DNA from: a virus
Taxonomy: Duplodnaviria; Caudoviricetes
Reading direction: 5' to 3' (one strand)
Virus record (IMG/VR): IMGVR_UViG_2513237329_000015
Span: 1-64,000 of that record
Length of the DNA: 64,000 bases
The first letter of the stretch is position 1; each line of letters begins with the position of its first letter. The notes under the pieces were generated by a model. It was not told where the DNA came from and did no database searches. It saw nothing but the letters and a program-made list of their open reading frames with translations. Shown here in pieces: positions 8,265 through 18,700 of this stretch. Both the position numbers and the translations under genes were made by a program.

Positions 8265-9299
8265 ATGAGTAAACTTGTATGGGACAAGATCGGGGAACGT
8301 TTCTACGAAACCGGCGTTGATCACGCCGTCCTCTACCCCCTCAGCGCCGCCGGCGTCTATGACAGGGGTGTGGCCTGGAACGGCATCACCGGCATTACCG
8401 AGAGTCCCTCCGGCGCTGAGCCCAACAACATGTACGCCGACAACATCAAGTACCTGGTGCTGGTGGGCGCCGAGGACTTCGGCCTGACCATCGAAGCCTA
8501 CATGTACCCCGACGAGTGGGAGGAGTGCGACGGCTCCAAGGAGATTGCCCCGGGCGTTGTTGCCGGGCAGCAGACCCGCAAGGTCTTTGGCCTGAGCTAC
8601 CGCACCAAGCTGGGCAACGATGTGGACGGTCAGGACCACGGCTACAAGCTGCACCTGGTCTACGGCGGTCTGGCCTCTCCCTCTGAGCGGGGCTATCAGT
8701 CTGTCAACGACTCTCCCGAACCCATCAACCCCAGCTGGGAGGTCACGACCACTCCCGTGGACGTACCCGGCTTCAAGCCCACCGCCCGTCTGATCATCGT
8801 CTCCACCAAGGCCGACCTCGCCAAGCTGAAGGCGCTGGAGGACATCCTCTACGGCACCGAGGAAACGGAGCCCCGGCTGCCTCTGCCCGAGGAAGTCATC
8901 AAGCTGTTGGCGAGCGATGTCACGGTGACCGTCGCCCCGGAGAGCCCCTCCGCCACCCTGCTGGGCAAGAAGGTCTCCGAACTTCAGAGCAACGTCGCAG
9001 TGGGCGAGAGCGCCATCACCGGCAGCCTGAAGAATGTGACCGGCTATACCGGGTTCAGCAGCGATCCCTCTGAGCAGAAGGGGCACTATCTGGCGCTGAA
9101 ATTCGACGTCACTCCGGCCGACGCCGCCACCACCGTGGAGCTGGTGGGCGGCACCAAGGGGCCTGTGGCTCTGGATGAGGACAAGAACATTGTTCTCCTC
9201 ATCAAGAACAATTCCCAGAGCGTCAAGGTGATCTCCACCAAGGACAGCTCCTCTGTCACCAAGATCTATACTCTGACCGGCCTGACTCTGGAGTCCTGA
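8265..9299 (+). CDS. Major tail (tube) protein with C-terminal beta-rich extension
   Basis: AAGGAGG RBS; W..G...YETGVD, YADNIKY, GYKLHLVY; extra ~125 aa Ig-like tail. Confidence 0.85.
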   Translation: MSKLVWDKIGERFYETGVDHAVLYPLSAAGVYDRGVAWNGITGITESPSGAEPNNMYADNIKYLVLVGAEDFGLTIEAYMYPDEWEECDGSKEIAPGVVAGQQTRKVFGLSYRTKLGNDVDGQDHGYKLHLVYGGLASPSERGYQSVNDSPEPINPSWEVTTTPVDVPGFKPTARLIIVSTKADLAKLKALEDILYGTEETEPRLPLPEEVIKLLASDVTVTVAPESPSATLLGKKVSELQSNVAVGESAITGSLKNVTGYTGFSSDPSEQKGHYLALKFDVTPADAATTVELVGGTKGPVALDEDKNIVLLIKNNSQSVKVISTKDSSSVTKIYTLTGLTLES

Positions 9300-9333
9300 G
9301 AAACGGGGACTGAAATCCAGACAACGAATCCGC

Positions 9334-9372
9334 AAGGCGGAGCTCTCTTCACCGAGGGCTCCGCTTTCTTTT
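9334..9372 (+). terminator. Rho-independent terminator after the major tail gene
   Basis: AAGGCGGAGCTCTC-loop-GAGGGCTCCGCTTT followed by CTTTT. Confidence 0.75.
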
Positions 9373-9395
9373 ATTTTTGAAAGGAGAAAACTGCA

Positions 9396-9797
9396 ATGCT
9401 GAAGCTGACAAGGACTTACAAGGACTATAACGGCGTTTCCCGCACGGAGGATTTCTACTTCAATCTGACCCAGGCCGAGGTGACCGAGCTGGAGCTCTCC
9501 GTGGACGGCGGTCTGGTGGAGATGATCAACCGCATTGTCGCGGCCCAGGATGGGAAGCAGATCATCGCCATCTTCAAGGACATCATTCTGCGGGCCTATG
9601 GCGAGAAGTCCCCTGACGGGAAGCGCTTTATCAAGAACCAGGAGCTGCGGGACGCGTTCGCCCAGACGGAGGCGTACAGCGATTTGTTCATGGAGCTGGC
9701 CACCGATGCGGAAGCGGCGGCCCGGTTCATCAACGGCATCGTCCCCCAGGGCAAGAAGGCTCCGGCTTCTTCCGGTTCCCCCGCGCCTCAGGCATAA
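9396..9797 (+). CDS. Putative tail assembly chaperone
   Basis: 133 aa after the tail tube gene; AAGGAG RBS; positional inference. Confidence 0.65.
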   Translation: MLKLTRTYKDYNGVSRTEDFYFNLTQAEVTELELSVDGGLVEMINRIVAAQDGKQIIAIFKDIILRAYGEKSPDGKRFIKNQELRDAFAQTEAYSDLFMELATDAEAAARFINGIVPQGKKAPASSGSPAPQA

Positions 9798-9818
9798 GGG
9801 CGGCTGGGGAGATCAGAG

Positions 9819-10361
9819 ATGCTGGAACTTGTGATACCGGAGACCGAGCAGTATGACGAGGCGAACGACCGTTTTATCACGACCAAGAAGCAGGTGCTTC
9901 GGCTGGAACACTCTCTGGTCTCCCTTTCAAAATGGGAATCGAAATGGCATAAGCCTTACCTTTCCCGAAAGCCGAAGACGCGGGAGGAGCGGATCGACTA
10001 TGTCCGGTGCATGACATTGACCCAGAACGTGGACCCCGATGTCTACACCGCTATTACGCCCCAGATGCTGAAAACAGTCGACGCCTACATCGACGATTCC
10101 ATGACGGCGACCACCTTTGCCAAAGGCCGGAAGGGCCGGTCGGCCAATGAGGTTGTCACGGCGGAGATCATCTACTACTGGATGCTCTCCCACCAGATTC
10201 CCTTTGAGTGCCAGAAGTGGCATTTGAACCGGCTTATGACGCTGATTAACGTCTGCAACGCAAAGAACGGCCCTCAAAAGAAAATGAGCCAGAAGGAAAT
10301 CTTTGCACAGAACCGTGCGCTGAACGCGGCACGCAGAAAGAGAGCCAATTCGAGAGGATGA
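9819..10361 (+). CDS. Putative second tail assembly chaperone / conserved phage protein
   Basis: 180 aa; LEHSLVSLSKWESKW, IPFECQKWHLNRL; position. Confidence 0.55.
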   Translation: MLELVIPETEQYDEANDRFITTKKQVLRLEHSLVSLSKWESKWHKPYLSRKPKTREERIDYVRCMTLTQNVDPDVYTAITPQMLKTVDAYIDDSMTATTFAKGRKGRSANEVVTAEIIYYWMLSHQIPFECQKWHLNRLMTLINVCNAKNGPQKKMSQKEIFAQNRALNAARRKRANSRG

Positions 10362-11713
10362 TGCACATGTCCGAAGCAGTGATTTGGAGTTTCTTCAAGA
10401 AGAAAGGCCTCTCGGATTGCGGAGCGGCCGGACTGATGGGGAATCTCTATGCCGAGAGCGGTCTGAAGCCGGACAATCTCCAGAACACTTGTGAAAAGAA
10501 GCTGGGCTTGTCCGACGCGGACTATACCGCCCAGGTGGACGCCGGAATCTATCAGGATTTTGTCCACGACAGCGCCGGATATGGCCTTGCCCAGTGGACA
10601 TTCTGGAGCCGGAAGCAAAAGCTGCTCGTCTTTGCCCTGAGCCGCGGCAAGAGCATCGGGGATTTGGAGATGCAGCTGGACTTTCTCTGGAAGGAACTGA
10701 CCGAGAGCTATCCCTCTCTGGTCAACATCTTGAAGACCGCCGCATCTGTCCGGGCGGCCTCCGACGCCGTGCTGGTACAGTTTGAGCGCCCCGCAGACCA
10801 GAGCGAGATGGCCAAGGCCAGACGGGCCGCTTACGGGCAGAAGTATTACGACCAATTTGCAGGAAGAGGCGAAACGATGTCTTCTACAACGATGCTGCCG
10901 GCTGTGGAGCGCGTGCTGGCCACGGCCAGAGCCGAGATCGGCTATATCGAGAAAGAAACCAATGCCCAGCTCGATCATAAGACGGCCAATGCCGGAGATA
11001 AAAACTGGAACAAGTACGCCAGGGACCTGGACGCGCTGGGGGTCGTCTATAACGGAAGGAAGAACGGCTATTCCTGGTGCGACATCTTTGTGGACTGGTG
11101 CCACATCCACACGTTCGGTCTGGAGCTGGCGTTGAAGCTGCTCTGCCAGGCAAAGAACGGCGTGGGGGCAGGATGCACCGGTTCCGCCAACTACTATAAG
11201 CAGAAGGGACGGTTTTATACCGGAGGTCCGCAGCCTGGCGACCAGATCTTCTTTACGAAGGACGGCGGCAAGTCGTTCTACCACACTGGTATCGTGGAGA
11301 AGGTGTCCGGCGGGCGGGTCTACACCATTGAGGGGAACACCAGCTCCGCGGCCGGCGTCGTGGAAAATGGCGGCTGTGTCCGGGATAAGAGCTATCCCAT
11401 GGCATACAACAAGATCGGCGGTTACGGCCGCCCCGACTATTCTATCGTATCGGAGGAGGACAACGATATGGATCAGGCGAAATTCAATGAGATGTTCGGC
11501 GCAGCCATGACGAATTACCTTAAGGGTCTTCAGAACAACAACTGCGGCGATTGGTCCGAAGAGGCCCGGGTTTGGGCTGAAAGTGTGGGACTCTTTGCCG
11601 GGAACGGCACCGCGGTTGACGGCAAGCCGAACATGATGTGGCCGTCCGGTCTGACAAGAGAGCAGGCGGCTCAGCTCTTCTACCGCTTTGCGCAGATGGT
11701 GGGGCTTGCGTGA
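10358..11713 (+). CDS. Modular lysin: tail-lysozyme-type domain, CHAP domain and C-terminal SLH-like domain
   Basis: GAAGLMGNLYAESGL/GYGLAQWT/FERPA; CHAP motifs WCDIFVDW, HTGIVE, TIEGNTS; SLH-like WSEEARVWA..GLFAG...P..LTREQAAQLFYR. Confidence 0.88.
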   Translation: MMHMSEAVIWSFFKKKGLSDCGAAGLMGNLYAESGLKPDNLQNTCEKKLGLSDADYTAQVDAGIYQDFVHDSAGYGLAQWTFWSRKQKLLVFALSRGKSIGDLEMQLDFLWKELTESYPSLVNILKTAASVRAASDAVLVQFERPADQSEMAKARRAAYGQKYYDQFAGRGETMSSTTMLPAVERVLATARAEIGYIEKETNAQLDHKTANAGDKNWNKYARDLDALGVVYNGRKNGYSWCDIFVDWCHIHTFGLELALKLLCQAKNGVGAGCTGSANYYKQKGRFYTGGPQPGDQIFFTKDGGKSFYHTGIVEKVSGGRVYTIEGNTSSAAGVVENGGCVRDKSYPMAYNKIGGYGRPDYSIVSEEDNDMDQAKFNEMFGAAMTNYLKGLQNNNCGDWSEEARVWAESVGLFAGNGTAVDGKPNMMWPSGLTREQAAQLFYRFAQMVGLA

Positions 11714-12066
11714 TGAAAAGCAGGAGAAGCCGGACCAGAGGCAAATCTGGAAGAAAACCTGACCTTTCGCAATTTTCAAAATGGATGATCGCCGATATCC
11801 GTCCGCTGTTGTGGATCGTGACCATCGGCGGTTTTTTATTGGCCTTCTACTGTGTCTATAAGGGGTATATGGGAGCGTTGCCCTGGATCGGCGCTATGGT
11901 CGGTCTTCCCTGGACGGCCCATGGCGTGGTGTGCAGTTTCTATCTGAACCTGTGCAAGTCCGACCACCGTGAGGGCGGAATCACTTTTGAAACGGCGAAG
12001 GCTTCCAATTTCAATGTAAATGTTTCGCAGACACCGGTTGGCTCTGTGGAGAGCCCGGCAATTTAA
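11713..12066 (+). CDS. Membrane protein, holin-like
   Basis: ATG overlaps the lysin stop codon; two hydrophobic segments after a basic N-terminus. Confidence 0.55.
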   Translation: MKSRRSRTRGKSGRKPDLSQFSKWMIADIRPLLWIVTIGGFLLAFYCVYKGYMGALPWIGAMVGLPWTAHGVVCSFYLNLCKSDHREGGITFETAKASNFNVNVSQTPVGSVESPAI

Positions 12067-12077
12067 GGAGGAAGCGT

Positions 12078-12386
12078 ATGAACGCGGAAATCATTTCGAC
12101 GCTGCTGATGATTATTGGCGGGGTTACGATCCTGACCAACATCATTGTCCAGGTGGTTAAGACTGTGACCTGGGATAAGTTCCCCACAAATTTCCTTGCG
12201 CTTATGGTGTCGGAGGCGCTGACACTGGCTGCCGGCGCCGCCTATGCACAAATCAAAGGGATTGCAATTACCTGGTATCTGGTATTTGCGGCTGTCGTGG
12301 TCGGGCTTCTGTCCGCCTACGCGGCCATGGTGGGCTATGACAAATTGATTGAGGCATTCAAGAACTGGCCGAAGAAAACGGAATGA
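12078..12386 (+). CDS. Putative holin
   Basis: 102 aa, three hydrophobic helices, charged C-terminus, next to the lysin. Confidence 0.65.
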   Translation: MNAEIISTLLMIIGGVTILTNIIVQVVKTVTWDKFPTNFLALMVSEALTLAAGAAYAQIKGIAITWYLVFAAVVVGLLSAYAAMVGYDKLIEAFKNWPKKTE

Positions 12387-12401
12387 TAGGAGGAGACGGC
12401 A

Positions 12402-12779
12402 GTGATTCGTTTCAAACACAAGGGTGACTTTTCCAAGCTGACCCGATTTCTGGAAAGAGCAAAGGAGACGGTTCATCTCGGCGATCTGGACAAGTTTGGC
12501 CGGGAAGGCGTGGCCGCCCTTTCGTCTGCAACGCCTGTCGACTCCGGAGAGACGGCCGCGTCCTGGTATTACAAAATTACCAACAAGAACAACACCGTCA
12601 CTATCTCGTTTCACAATTCAAATGTTCAAAATGGAGTTCCCATCGCCATTATCCTGCAATACGGGCATGGCACTGGAAACAGAGGCTGGGTACAGGGAAG
12701 AGATTACATCAACCCTGCTATCCAGCCTATTTTTGACCAGATCGCGGATTACGCATGGAAGGAGGTCACACGGTCATGA
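12402..12779 (+). CDS. HK97 gp10-like tail component
   Basis: TPVDSGETAASW, LQYGHGT...YINPAIQ motifs. Confidence 0.75.
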   Translation: MIRFKHKGDFSKLTRFLERAKETVHLGDLDKFGREGVAALSSATPVDSGETAASWYYKITNKNNTVTISFHNSNVQNGVPIAIILQYGHGTGNRGWVQGRDYINPAIQPIFDQIADYAWKEVTRS

Positions 12780-15700
12780 GCAGGACCATCGACGAGAGAA
12801 TCGTCGAGATGCGATTTGACAACAGACAGTTTGAGCGGAATGTGCAGACCAGTCTGTCGACACTCGACAAACTCAGGCAGGGTTTGGATCTGGACGGTGC
12901 TGCCAAGGGGCTTGAAAACCTGGGCGACGCTGCTAAGAAGTGCAATATGTCCGCCCTTAGCAGATCCGTCGAGACGGTTCGGGCGAAATTCTCGGCGCTT
13001 GAAGTCGTTGCCATGACGACCCTTTCCAACATTACAAATTCGGCCCTGAACACGGGAAAACGGCTTGTGTCCGCCCTGACGATCGACCCCATCAAAACCG
13101 GTTTTCAGGAGTATGAGACCCAGATCGGAGCGGTGCAGACCATCTTGGCGAACACCCAGCACGAAGGGACCAATCTTCAGCAGGTGAACCGGGCGCTGGA
13201 TGAGCTGAACACCTACGCGGACAAGACGATCTACAGCTTTACAGAAATGACCCGGAACATCGGCACGTTTACCGCGGCTGGTGTAAATCTTCAGACATCG
13301 GTCGATTCCATCAAGGGTATCGCGAACCTGGCCGCCATTTCCGGCTCCACCTCCCAGCAGGCGTCCACGGCCATGTATCAGCTCTCCCAGGCGCTGGCCG
13401 CAGGCAGAGTGTCTCTGATGGACTGGAACTCGGTGGTCAATGCGGGCATGGGCGGCAAGGTGTTCCAGGACGCCCTGGTCCGCACATCTGAACTACTGGG
13501 CACCGGAGCCCAGAATGCCATAAACATGTATGGTTCCTTCCGGGAATCCCTTACCAGGGGTGAGTGGCTCACCACGGAAGTCCTCACGGAGACCCTGAAG
13601 CAGTTTGCCGGCGCATATACCGAGGCGGATCTGGTGCAGCAGGGCTTTACGGAGGCCCAGGCAAAGGAAATCGCCCAAATGGCGCAGACGGCAGAGGACA
13701 CCGCCACAAAGGTAAAAACCTTTACCCAGCTGTGGGATACCCTGAAGGAGAGCGCTCGATCCGGATGGACCTCGACGTGGGAGATCCTGGTCGGCGACTT
13801 TGAAGAAGCCAAAGAGCTGCTGACTGAGATTTCAAACACCATCGGCGGCGTGATCAGCGAGTCCGCCCAGGCGAGAAACGAACTGCTCAGCGGAGGCTTG
13901 AGTTCCGGCTGGAAGCAGCTGCTGGATCAGGGAATTGCCGATGAAGCGGGTTTTATAGAGTCGATCCAAGCAGTCGCCAGAGAGAGCGGCGACGCCTTTG
14001 ACCAGATGGTAGCGGATTCGGACAGCTTTACTGACGCGCTGAAGCAGGGGTTGAAGGATGGAGTAATCTCCTCTGAAACCTTGTCCGAGGCTGTCTATCA
14101 TCTCCAGGGAAAGATGTCCGGCATGTCCCAGGAGGAGCGCAAGGCCGCCGGATACACCTCGGAGATGGTGGAGCAGATCGAAACGCTGGCCGACAGTCTT
14201 CGGGATGGCTCCGTCTCCATGGATGAGTTTACGGAGAAGATTCTGCGCCCCTCCGGCCGGGAGAACCTGATCCAGTCGGTCTGGAACGCGGCCAAGGGAT
14301 TGGTGAGCGTTATCGCCCCGATCAAGGACGCGTTTCGCGATATTTTTCCGCCCGCCACCTCCGACCAGCTCTACGCGCTGACGGAGACGCTGCGGAGCTT
14401 TTCCGAGCGGTTGACGATTTCGGATGAAACAGCGGATAAATTGCAGCGGACTTTCAAGGGGCTCTTTTCCATTCTTGATCTGGTTCGCCAAGGGGTAGCT
14501 GCGGTTTTTGACGCATTTGCCCCTTTACGAAGTGGAATGGGCTTTTTCGTAGATAGATTCCTTACTGTAACCGCTACGATTGGCGATTTTCTGACCGGCA
14601 TCAACGACGCGGCAAAGAAAGGTGAAGTCTTCAGTAAAGTGGCCCAGGGCATCGCGGATGCTCTGGATTTCGTTGTATCAGGAATCCAAACCTTTATCGG
14701 GTTTCTCGACGACGTCTTTGCCATCCCCGGCTTTGAGGCGTTCCAGGCGCTTCTCGGCCGCATCCAGACCCGAATCGGCCAGGTGATCGACGCGGTCGGC
14801 GGCCTGGGATTTGGGGTGGACGATGCGGTAAACACCATGGATTCCGCCGTTGGAAACAGCAAATTCCTGCAAATGCTTCAGAGCCTGTTCAACGGCGTGA
14901 AAGCCATTGCCAGCGGAATCATCGGCGTACTCGGCGGCTTGTCCGCCACGCTGATAGACGCCATTGGCAACGCTGATTTCAGCGGAGTGATTGATTTACT
15001 CAACGGCATTTCTCTGGGCGGAATCGCGGTAGGCATCACCAAGTTCATGAACAGCCTGACGAAGTCTTTCGACGATGTCGGCAGCCTCCTTGACAATGTA
15101 AAGGGCATTTTGGACGGGGTGCGGGGCTGCTTTGAAGCCTATCAGACCCAGTTGAAGGCCGGAACCCTTCTGAAAATTGCCTCCGCTATTGCCGTGCTGG
15201 CGGCCGCGATCGTAACCATTTCCCTGATTGACAGCGGCAAGCTGACCGCTTCTCTGGGTGCCATTACCGTACTGTTTGCGGAATTGATGGCTTCCATGGC
15301 CATCTTTAGTCGTATCAGTGGAGAAGTCAAGGGTGTCGTTAAAGGTACTGCGGCCATGATTGGCGTTTCCACCTCAGTTCTTCTGCTGTCCTCCGCCCTG
15401 AAGAAAATTTCCGATATCGAGCCGGAGCAGATGGTCGTGGCCCTTGCCGGGATCGCCGGGCTGATGACCGCGCTGGTGGCCGCGGCCAAAGTTTTGGGGA
15501 GCGGTTCCAGCTCCGTCATCAAGGGGTCCGCCCAGATGGTGGTGTTCGCCGGCGCAATCAAAATGCTTGCCTCCGCCTGCATCGACCTGGCTCAGCTGGA
15601 CTTTGCCGGGTTGGTAAAGGGCTTGGCCGGAGTCGGCGTTCTGATGGCGGAGGTTTCTCTGTTCACGAACACGGTTAAGGTCAACAAGGGTTTCATGGCT

Positions 15701-18700
15701 ACTGCGGCTGGGATTCTGGTTCTGGCCAGCGCCATGAAGGTCTTTGCCTCCGCCTGCAAGGATTTCGGGCAGATGAACGCGGGCGAGCTGGTGAAGGGGC
15801 TAAGCTCTGTTGGAGCTGTCCTTTTGGAGATTACCGCATTCACAAAACTGACTGGAAATGCACAGGGGCTTATCTCCACCGGCCTTGCCATGATTGAGAT
15901 CGGCGCGGCCATGAAGATATTTGCTTCCGCAATGGCGGACTTCGGCGGCATGTCTTTGGCGGAGATCGGGAAGGGCTTGCTGGCCATGGGCGGGGCCTTG
16001 GCGGAAGTGGCGGTCGCCATGAAAGCCATGCCGAAGAACTTGATTGCCACGGGCGCGGGGCTTGTCACAGTTGGAGCGGCGCTGAATGTCTTGGCGGAGG
16101 CCCTCGGAAAAATGGGGGGCATGAGCTGGGAGGCCGTTGCGAAAAGCCTGGTTGCCATGGGCGGCGCCCTGGCCGAGCTGGCAGTCGGTTTGAACTTTAT
16201 GAACGGGACACTGGCCGGTTCCGCCGCTATGCTGGTAGCCGCAAGCGCTTTGGCGGTTTTGACCCCGGTGCTCTTTACCCTGGGAAGCATGAGCTGGGAG
16301 GCCATCGCCAAGGGGCTGATTAGCGTTGCCGGAGCCTTTACGGTGATTGGGACGGCCGGCGCGCTTCTTACGCCGCTGCTCCCCACCATTCTCGGGCTGG
16401 GCGGCGCGTTTGCTTTGATTGGCATCGGCATTGCCGGCCTTGGGGCGGGGCTGCTCCTGGTGGGGACCGGATTGACCGCTATCGCGGTCGGCATCACGGG
16501 CCTGGCCACCTCCCTCGGCGCAGGCGTGACCATTATTGTGGCGGGCTTGACCTCCATCATCACAGGCATCGCCGCATTGATTCCCGCCATCGCCCAGCAG
16601 CTGGGAGAGGCGGTCGTCGCCTTTGCCGGGGTCATCGCCAATGGTGCCCCGGCGATTGGAAACGCGGTCAAAGCGCTGGTGCTCACCCTGGTGGATGTCT
16701 TGGTGGAGTGTGTGCCCGCGATTGCCAACGGGGCTTTGGAGCTGATCGCCGGAGTCCTTGCGGCGCTGGCAGCCTATACGCCGCAGATCGTGGATTCCAT
16801 CATGCAGTTCCTAATCGAAGTCATCGACGGCTTGGCGCGCAATCTGCCGACGCTGATCCAGTCGGTGGTTAATTTGCTGATGTCCTTCTTCTCCGGAATC
16901 GTATCCGCCTTGGGGAGCATCGACACTGACGCCCTTCTGAAAGGCGTCGCCGGGATCGGGCTTCTCAGCGGCATTATGGTGGCCCTCGGCGCGTTGGCCG
17001 GGCTGATTCCCTCCGCAATGGTGGGTGTGCTTGGCCTGGGCGTTGTTATGGCGGAACTTGCCGTTGTTCTGGCGGCCATTGGAGGCCTGGCGCAGATTCC
17101 GGGCCTCGACTGGCTGATTGGGGAAGGCGGCAAGCTGCTGCAAACCATCGGAAACGCCATTGGCGGATTTATCGGCGGTATTGTCGGCGGGTTTATGAGC
17201 GGTATATCCGGATCGTTCCCGCAGATCGGCGCCGATCTCGCGGCGTTCATGACTAACGTGCAGCCGTTTATCGATGGAGCCCGTGGCATTGACGCCGCCA
17301 TGCTGGACGGTGTAAAGGCGCTTACCGAGGCGATTTTGCTGATTACTGCCGCTGATCTGCTGGAAGGATTGACCTCCTGGCTGACGGGCGGGTCTTCCCT
17401 GTCCGCTTTTGCCGGGGAGCTTGTCCCCTTCGGTGAGGCGATGATGAAATTTTCCAACAGCATCGCCGGCCTTGACGGCAATTTGGTCAGCACGGCCGCG
17501 ATTGCCGGCAAGACACTGGCCGAGATGGCGGCGACCCTGCCGAACCGCGGCGGCATCGCGGGGTTCTTCACCGGCGAAAATGACATGGGCGAGTTTGGAA
17601 ACCAGCTGGTTGGTTTCGGCGGGTCCATGATGCGGTTTGCCGCAAGCATTAAAGGGCTGGACGCCGACGCGGTAAACAATGCCGCCATCGCGGGGAAGGC
17701 CATGGCGGAAATGGCAGCGACTCTGCCCAATACAGGCGGAGCCGTGGCTTTCTTTGCCGGTGACAACGATATGAGCGCGTTTGGTGACCAGCTGGTGCCC
17801 TTTGGGGAGGCCATCAAAGCCTACTCTGACGCGGTGACCGGACTGGATGTGGACGCGGTTAAGAACTCAGCCATCGCCGGGCAGGCCATGGCGGAGCTGG
17901 CGGCTACCCTCCCGAACACGGGAGGCGCTGTCGCATTCTTTGCCGGCGACAACGATATGGCGACCTTCGGAGCGCAGCTTGCCTCCTTTGGCGTCTCCAT
18001 GAAGAATTATTCAAAATCGGTCAGCGGTTTGGACGGCGATGCGGTTGAAAACTCGGCCATTGCCGGAAAAACTCTGGTGGAGCTGGCAAACACCATTCCG
18101 AATACCGGAGGTTTGGTCGCATTCTTCACGGGCGACAACGATTTGGAGACCTTTGGCGATCAGTTGGTCCCCTTTGGAGAGGCGATGAAGGCTTATTCCG
18201 ACAGCGTGACCGGCATAGACGGCGATGCGGTCACCGCTTCCGCCACTGCGGCAAAGGCGCTGGCAGAGCTGCAAGCCTCCCTCCCCAATATCGGCGGGGT
18301 GGTGGACTTCTTCACCGGAGGCAACGACTTGGAGACCTTCGCAAACGGTTTGCTCCCCTTCGGAGAAGGGATGAAAGCCTATGCCGATTCCGTGACCGGG
18401 TTGGACGCGGGCGCTGTTTCCGCCTCCATTACCGTAGCCCAGGCCCTCTCCGCGCTTCAGGCGTCTCTTCCCCATGTGGGCGGAGTGCTGGAATTCTTCA
18501 CCGGCGGAAACGACCTTGGGGCCTTTGCGGATGGAGTTCTTTCCTTTGGCTTGGCTATGAAAGCCTATGGCGGCGCTGTTTCCGGCATTGACGCCGGCGC
18601 GGTCTCCGCCTCGGCTGTGGCGGCTCAAGCCCTGGCAGAGCTGCAAGCATCTCTGCCCAACGTGGGCGGCATCATGGAGTTTTTCACCGGCGGGAACGAC

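Noticed and set aside
9760-9830. Programmed frameshift between tail chaperone genes
   Set aside because: No clear slippery heptamer near the end of 9396-9797, and the next gene has its own GGGAG RBS.
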